Under the pieces are notes generated by a model. That model was not told the DNA's origin. It saw only the letters and a program-made list of their open reading frames with translations, and did not search any database. Of a stretch of DNA of 64,000 nucleotides, positions 54,798 to 64,000 are shown in pieces. Source of the stretch: an uncultured delta proteobacterium (GTDB lineage Bacteria; Myxococcota; Myxococcia; SLRQ01); the NCBI GenBank assembly GCA_963727485.1, contig CAVSGM010000011.1, positions 640,001 through 704,000 of the forward strand. Direction: 5' to 3'. A program made the position numbers and the translations under genes. How positions within the stretch are numbered: position 1 is the stretch's first letter; each line of letters begins with the position of its first letter.

Positions 54798-56118
54798 CTA
54801 CTGCAGCCATCGGTTCCCCTGTGAATCACCGATCATGCTCGGCTTGCCGGTCCTTGCCAGGCCCGGGCTCGGCGTCAGGATCTTCGCAATGGCCAAGGTG
54901 TGAGCACTACTGTCGGCCGCGTCGATGTACATCGCGCCGTCGTCGCCGAGAAGGACGGTGCCCAAGTAGCTGCGCGCGACGTCCAGCGACCAGAGCTTCT
55001 TCAGATCGGGTGAGAGCGCCGTGAGCGTGAGAGAGCTCGCCGCGGCACTCTCTGCGAAGGCCGTGATCGCGTAAATGGTTCCGTCGGCACCGACCGCCTG
55101 CGGTTCTCCAACTCCGTCCGTGGTTGCCGTGATCTCGCCGGTCGCGGCGTCCATGGTCACGAGCTTCGTGTAGCTGGAGGCGGAGTCAACCGGCCGGGCC
55201 ATGCCGACGATGGCGCCTTGGATGTCCACCAGCCGTCCCCATGTTTCTTCGCTTTGCTTCCAAAGAAGCCTGCCACAACGATCGTAGCCGACCGCCCACA
55301 TCCGCGGGAAGTTCCGCTGATCGGACGCGTCTGTATCCACTCCGGTTGCCCCAATAGGTGTCGGAAGTGAAAGCTTGGCGTCTCCGCCTCCAGGGTCGAG
55401 ATTCAAGCCCAAGCCTTCCCGGACTGGAGCGACAGCAGATCTTGCGCAACGAAGCTGACGCCATACCAAAAGGCACCTGTGCCCCAGAACGGCGTCAGGG
55501 ACAACTGAGTGTGCCAGATCTCATGAAGGTCCTTCAGATCGAGGAGTCGGACGCCCGTCCGGTCCTTGACGAGGATCCCGGCCGGGTAATCAAGGGTCGA
55601 GGAGGTGCGCCCGACCACGGCGTCAGCGGCGCAATCGCCACGTACACCAGGTCGTCGGTCCAGATCTGTACGTGCGAGCCGAGAATGAGGATGTGGTCAC
55701 CGTCCGGCATGATCTCGATGGTCAAAGAAGGCGTACCGGACTCAGCGATTCGACACCTGACAGGGCTGCCGTCGGCGCGGCTGAACGTGCAGATTGCGTT
55801 GCCGGTCGCGGCGACGATGTACTTGTTCGAGAGCACCAACTGATCCGTCTCTGGATGCATCGGGTAGGTGCGGACCCAAGCCACCTTCGGTGTGACGTTC
55901 AGAGCAGGATCTGGCTGTGACTGAAACGCGATATCGGGTACGCAGGTTGAATGTCCAGTGCCCGCATCAGCCGCTCCGCCGGCATCGGTCGCCCCGCCTG
56001 CGTCTGGAGACCCCACGGGTCCGTGCCCCGCACAGCTGCAACCGCCGATGAGGCTGGCCGCAAGGAGCACCCAGGCGGACAGTTGGCCGAGGCCCACCGC
56101 TCGTGCGTGTCGCCTCAT
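54798..56118 (-). pseudogene. Lipoprotein with PQQ-like beta-propeller, split over three frames (shifts near 55620 and 55410)
   Basis: ATG 56118 overlaps the upstream stop; lipobox LIGGC; propeller-type strings AVGADGTIY, LTALSPDLKKLW, LGDDGAMYI; ORF pieces 55534-56118, 55403-55618 and 54798-55469. Confidence 0.55.
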
Positions 56119-58908
56119 GGCGTACAGGTGGGACTGGAAGGGGTGTTGGTGAGCGAGCATGCAAGGTGCGCCGCCATCACGCTCCAGTCGTCGGTGTCGC
56201 TTAGCGTTCGGTGCACGACACCGTCGGCAATGGGCAGAAACATGATGCTCGAGTTGCCTGCGTACTCATGTGCTTCCCGGAGGTTGTCATCCTGCCCCGC
56301 CTCGAAGAGCAGGCTGGGCGCCCCGGAGATTGTTTGCCATTCATTCCAGAGATAAAACGCCGGCTGGCTGAAGTCGAGCGCCCGCGGTGAGGACGAACGA
56401 TTGCCCTGCGACTGCTTCATCAGGACGCCGAAGTTGGGCTGATTCCAGACAAGATAGAAGCGACCGTCGTCAAAGTTGGTGTTACTGCGGCTGAAGGGCA
56501 TATAGGCCAGGGCGGGACGCGCCTGCACCAGTACGTAGGTGGAGGGAGTGCCGAAAATGGTGGAGGGATACCTGTACCAGACGCCGGTACTTTCTTGTCT
56601 GGCGAAGTCGACGAGGTAGCTGCCGGCGGCGGAGTACGGGGTCGCTTCGGGGATCGCGGCGAACAGGCGGCCGCTGCTTTCGCCATACAGGTATCCGGAC
56701 GTGAGGCCGATACCGGTGGTGGCGTTGGGGACGATGTCCGTGCCATCCGTCCACTGCTCGGGGCTTGCACTCATCGTCCAGGTATCCGTGAAGATGTCGT
56801 AGTCCCAGCGCCGCAGCTTGCCGCCAGCCGTCGCGTACACGCGCATCGCTCCGTTCCAGCCCGCCAAGGCGGGCGCGCTCGTGGCCGTGAGGCCCCCCAT
56901 AGGAAGTGCCTGCGGGGCTTCCCAGGTTGTCACGCCCGCCGAGCGAGTCGCTCGTTGGGAGACCAACGCGCCATCGGAGCTCCGAACGTACACCAGGAGG
57001 AGCGCAAACTGGCCGGTGTCGAAGTCGAGATACCCCTGTGCGGCTGGAGCCAGCGACGTGGGCACGCTGTTCGAAATCAGGGTGCCACGAGAGCCGGCGT
57101 TGGGTGACCAGGTGACGCAGGGGCCGTTTACGGGTGCGTTGCCGACGTCAGTGGAGCAATCAGCCATGGACGATGTCGAGCGCCACTCGAGCTGGTTCAG
57201 GCGATCGGGGTCGCCGGACCGGTCAATCAGGTAGAGCCAGCCGTTCAGCCGGGCCAGGACCGGGTCTTGCGAAACCTGGTCCTGGCCCTGATTGATACCG
57301 GACACGCGGTCGGCCCCCGTGTCGCATCCGCTCGGCGCGTAGGCAATCGTCGGGGCCCCTGGAGCGAGCGTCCCGGCGGGCTCCACCTGCCCGTCACGGT
57401 CCCAGTCGATTCCACCATTCGCGTCCGGTGTGAGATGCCACATCTGTTCGAACCAGGACTTCTGCGCTGTAGTCATCGTGCCCAGGCCGGTGCTCTCATC
57501 CAGGGCCTGCGGGTTGAGATCGGCGTGCGAGCCATCGGAGAACGTCGCCACGTCCCAGGGGGCGTACTGTTAGGCGTAGTTCATGATGCTGGGGTAGTTC
57601 GGCTTGCAGTTTGAATCGCCGTGCTCCGGCGAGCCGCCGTGGGTGATGTAGAGGTTGTGACCGAGCTCGTGGGCCATGTTGCGGCCCAAGATGGATGCCG
57701 GCCGTGCACAGTGACCTGGCGTGTCGCCTTGGCCACCGCCATTGTAGCCCGTGACGAGAACATGGTGGAAGAACCCGAGGCGGCCGAGATTGCCTAGCTC
57801 GGTCTCACAGCCATTCTCGTGGTCCATGCCCCCGGCTGGCTTTGTCGCCAGCCGTTCGGATCCTCCAAAGTCGTTCCAATCGGTGCTCGCACCGTTCGCG
57901 GCGGCGTAGTCGACGTGAACATGGACGGGCGTGCCCGTGGGACCACTTCGATAGTACTCCACCAGATCCTGAACCTGGACGGGAGGCGGTTTGAAATAGT
58001 CGATGCCTTCGCTACACGTCGAGCCGTCCGGGTTCTTGCACTCCTTCCAGTCCAGCTCCACGAACATGTCCGGCTGCGTCGGGTCGGCGCCCCAGGTGCC
58101 CAGCTTCACCGGAGTCGGCCCGTCGATGCCTATGAACTCGTCGCCGTCCTTGAGGCCGTCTCCGTCAGTATCGGGGTTGCAGGGGTCCGTGCCTATCATC
58201 GCTTCGAGCGCATCCGACAGGCCGTCGTTGTCGCAAGCGGGCGAGTGCGCGTCCTCGTCGATGATCAACCGCACCGGACCGGTGACTTGGCCAGGGTAGC
58301 CGCCGACGGCGATCCGGCAGTTCGGGCAGTCGACCGGAAGGTCCTTTAGCGCCTGGTACCCGACGCCCGTGTCGTCGTCTCCCGCAATCGCGTTCCCCGC
58401 GCTGCCGCTCGTGACGATCAGCATGGTATCCGAGGGCCCGGTGAGCTGCTCGACCGTCTGTACGCGCGTGAGCGCTGCGAGCCTGTTTAAGGGCCAGGAG
58501 CTCGCTCCGCCCAGCGAGATCGGCGTGTAACTTGAAGCGCTGCCGACCGTGATTCTCAGCGTGGCGGTGCCGTTGTCGTACTGCGAGTAGGCACGGGTGA
58601 CGACGATCAAAAGTCGAACGGAAGATCCTCCTGGGATAGTCACGAAGGAGGCCAAGGTCCCGCCGGAGTCGTCGTTCCCGGCGATCGGGTTCCAGCTCGC
58701 GTCGAAGACGTTGATCACGGAGTCCGCGCCAGAGCTGAAGATTCAATGTCTGGATCGTCACACTGGTGAACAAGGGTTGGGTGACGTAGTCCACCCTGAA
58801 GGGCGAGGCCGTGACGGGCTGGACGGTGGCATATCCCGCGTAGGCAGGCGAGGCGTTGGCGGCAAGGGCGAACGCAAGGGCAAGCGCGAAGAGGTTTCGC
58901 CTGGTCAT
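56115..58908 (-). CDS. Secreted multidomain zinc metalloprotease-like protein (PPC-like domains, DxDxDG calcium repeats, HELGHNLYITH + SIMNY, C-terminal propeller-like region); frameshift at ~58742 and in-frame TAA at 57570-57572
   Basis: GGGGAG RBS + ATG 58908 with signal peptide MTRRNLFALALAFALAANASPAYA; NDDSGG and GDDDTG; DNDGLSD, DTDGDGLKDGDE; ORFs 57570-58718 and 56115-57551 share one frame. Confidence 0.75.
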
Positions 58909-58910
58909 GG

Positions 58911-59501
58911 CTACTCCCCGAGGATCTGCCGCTTCAGGGCAGCGCGGCGCCGGCTTGCATCGGGCGTGGTCTTGTCGAAGAGCCCCTGCTCCTGGGCCTT
59001 CTGCAGATAGATCTGCTGCCGGGCCCGGTAGTCGGCCGAAGGCGGCGGCAAGGCCGGGCCCGGAGGTGGGACGTCGAGCGGCTCTCCGGCCTTGGCTGCC
59101 GTCTTGGCGCTGATGTCCCGAGGACCGAGATGCGCCGCGTCGACATAGCCTGCCGGCAGGACGAAGGGCTTTGGCTGGTTCGGATTGTCTGCCCGAGCCT
59201 GAACCTGATTCTGCCAGGGCTTCGTGGCCCCTACGGAGCAGTTCGGCTGCTTGGAAGCCGGATCCGCCTGGCTGGCGCTCGCCGTCGTGAGGGCGGACCC
59301 GCGTGTGGCCACCGTGGGCCTTGCCTTCGAGGCGCTCTTTCCGGTGCAGGCGACAAGGCTGAGCGCGGTGAGCAGCGCAAGCAGGGGAACGCTTCTGGTG
59401 GTCTTCCGTGTGGACGGTTGGCGGGACTTGCTGCGTCGACGCAACGCGCGCTCGCAAGCGAGCCCTCCCGGCGGCTGGTCAAAGAGAAGTCCTAGTGTCA
59501 T
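58911..59501 (-). CDS. Hypothetical lipoprotein (start uncertain)
   Basis: Hydrophobic stretch ending LSLVAC; Pro-rich middle; helical C-terminus; stop lies 2 bp before the protease ATG. Confidence 0.6.
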   Translation of the reverse strand: MTLGLLFDQPPGGLACERALRRRSKSRQPSTRKTTRSVPLLALLTALSLVACTGKSASKARPTVATRGSALTTASASQADPASKQPNCSVGATKPWQNQVQARADNPNQPKPFVLPAGYVDAAHLGPRDISAKTAAKAGEPLDVPPPGPALPPPSADYRARQQIYLQKAQEQGLFDKTTPDASRRRAALKRQILGE

Positions 59502-59550
59502 GCCCCAATCAGTAACAGAAGCTAGGGCTATGTATCGATTGGGGATGTCA
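59496..59550. repeat. Imperfect inverted repeat at the island's right edge
   Basis: TGTCATGCCCCAATC (59496-59510) versus GATTGGGGATGTCA (59537-59550), with a perfect CCCCAATC/GATTGGGG core. Confidence 0.5.
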
Positions 59551-59666
59551 GGAGACCCTCCATTCTGCAGCCCGATCAGGCTAGGTGCCTCGCGGTAGAG
59601 CCTACCGCATGGCCATACGGAGCACCTGCACGGAGGCGCCGGGGGCCGCGGCGCCGGGGGCCGGGC

Positions 59667-61305
59667 CTACTCGGTGGCCAGGGCCGCCCGGCGCTCGAGG
59701 TCGCGGATCACCGAGGCGGCGAGCTGGCAGACGTGCTGGTTCACCCGGTCGAGGTAGGTGATGAGGTCCATGTGGATCGCCGAGGTCTCGTAGGTCTCGG
59801 GGACCGCCTGGTGGAGCCGCTCGAGGTGGGCCTGGCGCAGCTCGGCCTCGATGCGCTCGAAGTTGTTCCGGTGACGCAGCACCTTGCGCGCCAGGGTCTC
59901 GTCCCGGGTGGAGTAGGCGGCCATGGCCAGGTCGAAGTTCTCGCAGACCTTCTGGTGGAGGTCGCGGATCTCCTTCCAGCCCTCGTCGGAGAAGAGCAGC
60001 CCCCGGGAGATCATCTTCTGGGCGAGCGGCAGGATGTTCTTGGTGATCACGTCGCCGGCGTTCTCGATGTAGTTCGAGAGGGTGATCAGCTCGAGCTCCT
60101 GCTCGGCCTGCTCCGGGGCGAGGTCGCGCTGGGTGAGCTGGGCCAGGTAGAGCTTGATCTCGTTGTTGAGGATGTCGATGCGGTCGTCCCGGGACTCGAT
60201 GGCCGCCAGCAGAATCGACGTCGGTCTTCTCGAAGACGGTGATGGTGTCCTTGAGCATGTCGCTGGCGATGTCCGCCGCCCGGAGGAACTCCCGGGTGGC
60301 GTGGGCGAAGGCCAGCGCCGGGGTGTCGAGGGCCCGGCGGTCGAGGTAGCGGGGGCGGAAGACCTCGCCCGGGGGCGCCGGATGGTAGAGGCGCTCGAGG
60401 GTCCGGGCGGCGAGGTTGGTGAAGGGCAGGAACACCAGGGCCGCGGCGAGGTTGAAGATCGTGTGGGCGTTGGCGATCTGGTGGGCGAGGTCGGCGGAGG
60501 TCCACCGGGTGAGGACCATGAACGGGTGGAGGAGGAGCAGGGCGATGATGGCGGCGATGAGCTTGTAGACGAGGTTGGCCGCCACCACCCGCTTGCCCTC
60601 GGCGGAGGCGCCGACGCCGATGAGGATGGAGGTGAGCCCGGTGCCCACGTTGGCGCCAATCATCATCGGCAGGGCCACCGCCAGGGTGATGCTCCCGGAG
60701 AGCGACAGGGAGATCAGCAGGCCGATGGTGGCCGCCGAGGCCTGGACCACGCCGGTGAACGCCGCGCCCACCAGCACCGCCACCAGGGGGTTGTGGCCGA
60801 GGTAGCCGATGACCTCTTGGAACACCGAGGCCTGCTTCAGGGGCATGGTGGCGTCGCCCATCAGCTTCATCCCGAAGAAGATGAAGCCGAAGGCGAGGAT
60901 GAGCTGGCCGGTGTAGCGGACCCGCCGGCGCTTGGCGACGAAGCGGATGGCGAAGCCCACCGCCACCGCCAGGAGGCTCAAGTGGGAGACCTTGAAGGAG
61001 AGGATCTGGACGGTGACCGAGGTGCCGATTCCGGCGCCGAGGGTCACCGACATCGCCTGGGCCAGCGACATCAGGCCGGTGGAGACGAAGGCCACCAGCA
61101 TCACCGTGGTCGCCGTCGACGACTGGAGGAAGACGGTGACCGCGGTGCCCGAGAAGATGCCCAGGAGGCGGTTCTCGGTGAAGGTGGCGATGATCTGGCG
61201 CAGGCGGGCGCCCGCCACCAGCTGCAGGCTCTCCCGGGCCTGGCCGATGCCGTAGAGGAAGATGGCGAGGCCGCCGAAGAGGCCGATGACGTCGGACCAG
61301 CTCAT
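59667..61305 (-). CDS. Na/Pi cotransporter family protein with C-terminal PhoU-like domains; frameshift at ~60214
   Basis: GGLAIFLYG, LQSSTATT, GAGIGT, VQASAA, GANVGT, IANAHTIFN, YLD..ALDTP, ETSAIHMD. Confidence 0.92.
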
Positions 61306-61406
61306 GGTCGCAGCTTCAACGGGCCATCGTAGACGCGGCCCGGATCCGCCTCAAGAAAACGGCGGCGCGCCGGCACCGGGCCCGGGGTGCCCGCAGGGAG
61401 CGGAGG

Positions 61407-63005
61407 CTACTCGAAGAGGGCCTCGACGAAGGCCTTGGGCTCGAAGGGGCGCAGGTCGCCGACCTTCTCGCCGACGCCGATGTAGCGCACCGGGAGCTTC
61501 AGCTCGTCGCAGATGCCGATGATGACCCCGCCCTTGGCGGTGCCGTCGAGCTTGGTGAGGGCCAGCCCGGTGAGGGGGACCACCTCGCGGAAGAGCTTGG
61601 CCTGCTGCACCGCGTTCTGGCCGGTGGTGGCGTCGACCACCAGGAGCACGTCGTCGGGGGCGCCCTCCCGGGCCTTGCCCATGACCCGGTGGACCTTCTT
61701 GAGCTCCTCCATCAGGGGCACCTTGGTGTGGAGGCGGCCGGCGGTGTCGGCGATGACCACGTCCGCGCCCTCGGCCTTCCCGTGCCGGATGGCGTCGAAG
61801 ACCACCGAGGACGGGTCCGCTCCCTCGGCGCCCCGGACCACCTCGGCGCCGACGCGGTCGCCCCAGACCTCGAGCTGCTCCACCGCCGCGGCCCGGAAGG
61901 TGTCGCCGGCGGCGAGGACCACCTTGAGGCCCCGGGCCGTGAGGCGGCCGGCGAGCTTGCCGATGGTGGTGGTCTTGCCCACGCCGTTGACGCCCACGAC
62001 CATGAGCACGTAGGGGCGCTGGGGGGCCTTGGTGGGATCGATGCCCTCGGCGCCGGCGGCGCCGTCCACCTGGAGCATCCCGGCAATCTCCTGGCGCACG
62101 GCGGCCTGGAGCTTCGCCGGGTCCTGGAGCTCGGCGCTCTTCATCGAGGCGCGGACCGTCTCCAGGAGCCGGGTCGCCGTGTGGACGCCGATGTCGGCGG
62201 TGAACAGGACCTCCTCGAGCTCCTCGAAGGCGTCCTCATCGAGCTTCTTCCCCAGGATCCCCGAGAGCCGGGCCACGAAGCCGCTCCGGGTCCGGGAGAG
62301 GCTCTGGGTGAGGGAGCCGCTGGGGGCGAGGAGGGCCTGCCGGCGGCGCTCGGCCTCCTCGGCCTCCCGGGCGGCCTGGGCCTCGGCCTCGGCCCGGGCC
62401 TCTGCCTCCGCCTCGGCGCGGGCGGCGGCCTCGGCCTGACGGGCGGCGGCCTCGGCGGCCTTCTCCTGGCGGATCCGCTCCTGCTCCTCGAGGAAGGCCT
62501 CCCGGCGCCGGGCCTTCTCGTCGGCGGGGGCGGCCTCACCCTCGGGGGCCGGCGGGCGCACGGTCGGCACGCCCTCGGTCAGGGCCTTCCCCGCCTCGGC
62601 CGGAGCCTCGCCGGCCTCGGGCTCGCCCCGGGCCTCGGGGGGCAGGGCCTCGTCGGTCTCGCTGGCAATCTCCGCGCGCCGGCGCCGCCGCGCCCGGAGG
62701 AGGGCGTAGACGAAGAAGAGGGCGACCACCGCCACCAGCGCGAACCCGAGGATCTCTCCGAGGGGCGGGGTCGCCGGGGCCGCCGCCGGGGGCGGGGCCT
62801 GGCCCGGGGACAGGGGCTGCACCGAGGTCTTCGGGGTGCCGTGGGGGGCGGCAGGCCCCGGGGCGCCGGGGGTCGGCGCCGGCGCGGCGGTCTTCGCCCC
62901 GGCGGGCGGGGCGGTCTTCGCCCCGGCGGGCGCGGCGGTCTTCGCCTCGGCGGGCGCGGCGGTCTTCGCCCCGGCGGGCGCGGCGGTCTTGGTCTGGGTC
63001 GGCAT
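61407..63005 (-). CDS. ftsY: Signal recognition particle receptor FtsY with N-terminal repeat and TM anchor
   Basis: GVNGVGKTTTIGKLA, DTFRAAA, DTAGR, TKLDGTAKGG, GVGE. Confidence 0.96.
   Translation of the reverse strand: MPTQTKTAAPAGAKTAAPAEAKTAAPAGAKTAPPAGAKTAAPAPTPGAPGPAAPHGTPKTSVQPLSPGQAPPPAAAPATPPLGEILGFALVAVVALFFVYALLRARRRRRAEIASETDEALPPEARGEPEAGEAPAEAGKALTEGVPTVRPPAPEGEAAPADEKARRREAFLEEQERIRQEKAAEAAARQAEAAARAEAEAEARAEAEAQAAREAEEAERRRQALLAPSGSLTQSLSRTRSGFVARLSGILGKKLDEDAFEELEEVLFTADIGVHTATRLLETVRASMKSAELQDPAKLQAAVRQEIAGMLQVDGAAGAEGIDPTKAPQRPYVLMVVGVNGVGKTTTIGKLAGRLTARGLKVVLAAGDTFRAAAVEQLEVWGDRVGAEVVRGAEGADPSSVVFDAIRHGKAEGADVVIADTAGRLHTKVPLMEELKKVHRVMGKAREGAPDDVLLVVDATTGQNAVQQAKLFREVVPLTGLALTKLDGTAKGGVIIGICDELKLPVRYIGVGEKVGDLRPFEPKAFVEALFE
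62881..62990. repeat. 24-bp coding tandem repeat (four full units plus one partial) encoding KTAAPAGA
   Basis: GGCGCGGCGGTCTTCGCCCCGGCG repeated head to tail with single substitutions. Confidence 0.9.
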
Positions 63006-63111
63006 GGCGCGCGGACTCTATGACATCCGCCCGGCCGGCGGAAGCCGCGGGCCGGGGCCGCTTTCGCCCGCCGGTTCCAGGCGCTACCCTGGTCTCTCGG
63101 AGCCCCGCCCC

Positions 63112-63621
63112 ATGGCCGCACCCACGCGTCTTCTCGCCGTCCTCACCCTCGCCGCCGTCGCCGCGGCGGCCAGCCCGGCCCGCGCCGGCGCGCCGGCCCG
63201 GATCGACCTCGACGTGCAGGACGCCGCCATCGGCAACGTCCTCCGCCTCATCGCCACCACCGCCCACCTGAACCTGGTGGCCTCGGACGCGGTGCGGGGC
63301 CAGGTGACCCTCCACCTGCGCAACGTCCCCTGGCGCCTCGCCCTGAAGGTCGTGGTCCAGGCCAAGGGCTTCGCGGTGCGCCAGGAGGGCAACGTCCTCC
63401 GGGTCGACACCCCCAAGGCCTTCGCCCGGGAGGCCGAGGACGCGCTCCGCGCCCGGAGCACCGCCCGGGCCCTGGCGCCGCGGCGGGTCACCCTCATCCC
63501 GGTGAACTACGCCGCCGCCGCGCGCCTGGCGCCGAAGGTCCAGGCGGTCCTCGGGGACCGCGGCCGGGTCGACGTCGACGCCCGGACCAACACCCTGGTG
63601 GTGGTCACCGGGCGCCGGTAG
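63112..63621 (+). CDS. Stand-alone secretin N-terminal (STN/N0 + Secretin_N) domain protein, PilQ-like fragment
   Basis: Signal peptide; IDLDVQDAAIGNVLRLIA...VRGQVTLHLRNVPW..AL; LIPVNYA; RGRVDVDARTNTLVV, then stop. Confidence 0.8.
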   Translation: MAAPTRLLAVLTLAAVAAAASPARAGAPARIDLDVQDAAIGNVLRLIATTAHLNLVASDAVRGQVTLHLRNVPWRLALKVVVQAKGFAVRQEGNVLRVDTPKAFAREAEDALRARSTARALAPRRVTLIPVNYAAAARLAPKVQAVLGDRGRVDVDARTNTLVVVTGRR

Positions 63622-64000
63622 GGTCGGCGCCCGCCGCGGCCTCGGGCCAGTGGGAGAGGGCGACGAGGTTCCCCTCGGGATCCCGGAAGTACAGGGTGTG
63701 GCCGGTCTCCCGCTCGACGGCGACCCCGGCCTCGGTGAGGCGCGCCACCCACCCGTCGCGCTCGGTGGCCTCGACCCGCAGCGCCAGGCAGTGGTGCCCC
63801 GGGGCGTCGTCGCCCCGCCTGGGCCCCTCGGCCCCGGCGCGCTCCACGGCGAGGAAGCTGCCGTCCCCGAGGTCGAGCCACACCGACCGCGGCCGCCCGG
63901 CGTCGTCGTCCCAGCGGCGGATCACCCGGAGCCCCAGGACCCCGGCGTAGAAGCGCTCGGCGCCGGCGAGGTCGGTGACCAGCACCGCCAGGTGCGAGAG
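63605..64000 (-). CDS. VOC/glyoxalase family protein (start outside the window)
   Basis: SHLAVLVTDL..AERFY..VLGL, HHCLAL, LYFRDPEGNLVAL. Confidence 0.88.
   Translation of the reverse strand, partial: LSHLAVLVTDLAGAERFYAGVLGLRVIRRWDDDAGRPRSVWLDLGDGSFLAVERAGAEGPRRGDDAPGHHCLALRVEATERDGWVARLTEAGVAVERETGHTLYFRDPEGNLVALSHWPEAAAGADPTGAR

Larger units (their letters stand above)
54720..59600. other. Compositionally distinct (lower-GC) island of three co-oriented minus-strand genes
   Basis: Abrupt rise in A/T-ending codons and AT-rich words between the stop at 54719 and ~59600; no mobility gene seen. Confidence 0.7.

Noticed and set aside
57570..57572. Stop-codon reassignment or read-through of TAA
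   Set aside because: TAA terminates other genes here (21852-21854, 31962-31964), and this is a single instance.
54720..59600. Island as an IS, prophage or integron cassette array
   Set aside because: No transposase, integrase or phage gene, no adjacent tRNA, and no convincing attC core pair.
62881..62990. 24-bp repeats as a CRISPR array
   Set aside because: Head-to-tail with no spacers, in frame inside ftsY, and no cas genes.

Overview
Very GC-rich chromosomal segment. Gene content points to a Myxococcota/deltaproteobacterial host: TIGR02266-type PilZ, DUF4388, MshEN-only proteins, FHA proteins and Cys-rich lipoproteins. About 58 protein-coding genes; I recognised no rRNA, tRNA, CRISPR array, integrase or transposase. 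Housekeeping and transport genes include thiD, psuG, rnd, aroF, copA, an opp/dpp-type ABC operon, a Na/Pi cotransporter and ftsY. Main points of interest: (1) a >1000-aa class-III aminotransferase / GNAT / degenerate aminotransferase fusion whose two PLP domains carry complementary halves of the active site; (2) an isolated FliH/FliI/FliJ (SctL/N/O)-like ATPase trio with no export gate nearby; (3) two ATPase-less MshEN proteins inside the peptide ABC operon; (4) a cpaB-tadB-tadC-FHA cluster resembling the myxobacterial Kil/Tad predation locus; (5) a lower-GC ~4.9 kb island encoding lipoprotein / secreted metzincin-type protease / beta-propeller lipoprotein, partly disrupted; (6) several apparent pseudo-enzymes and a stand-alone secretin N-domain protein. 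Seven single-base frameshifts fall on GAATC/GATTC and are repaired by collapsing to GATC. This suggests base-calling error at a modified GATC motif rather than real pseudogenes. All calls come from reading motifs by eye; no searches were run.
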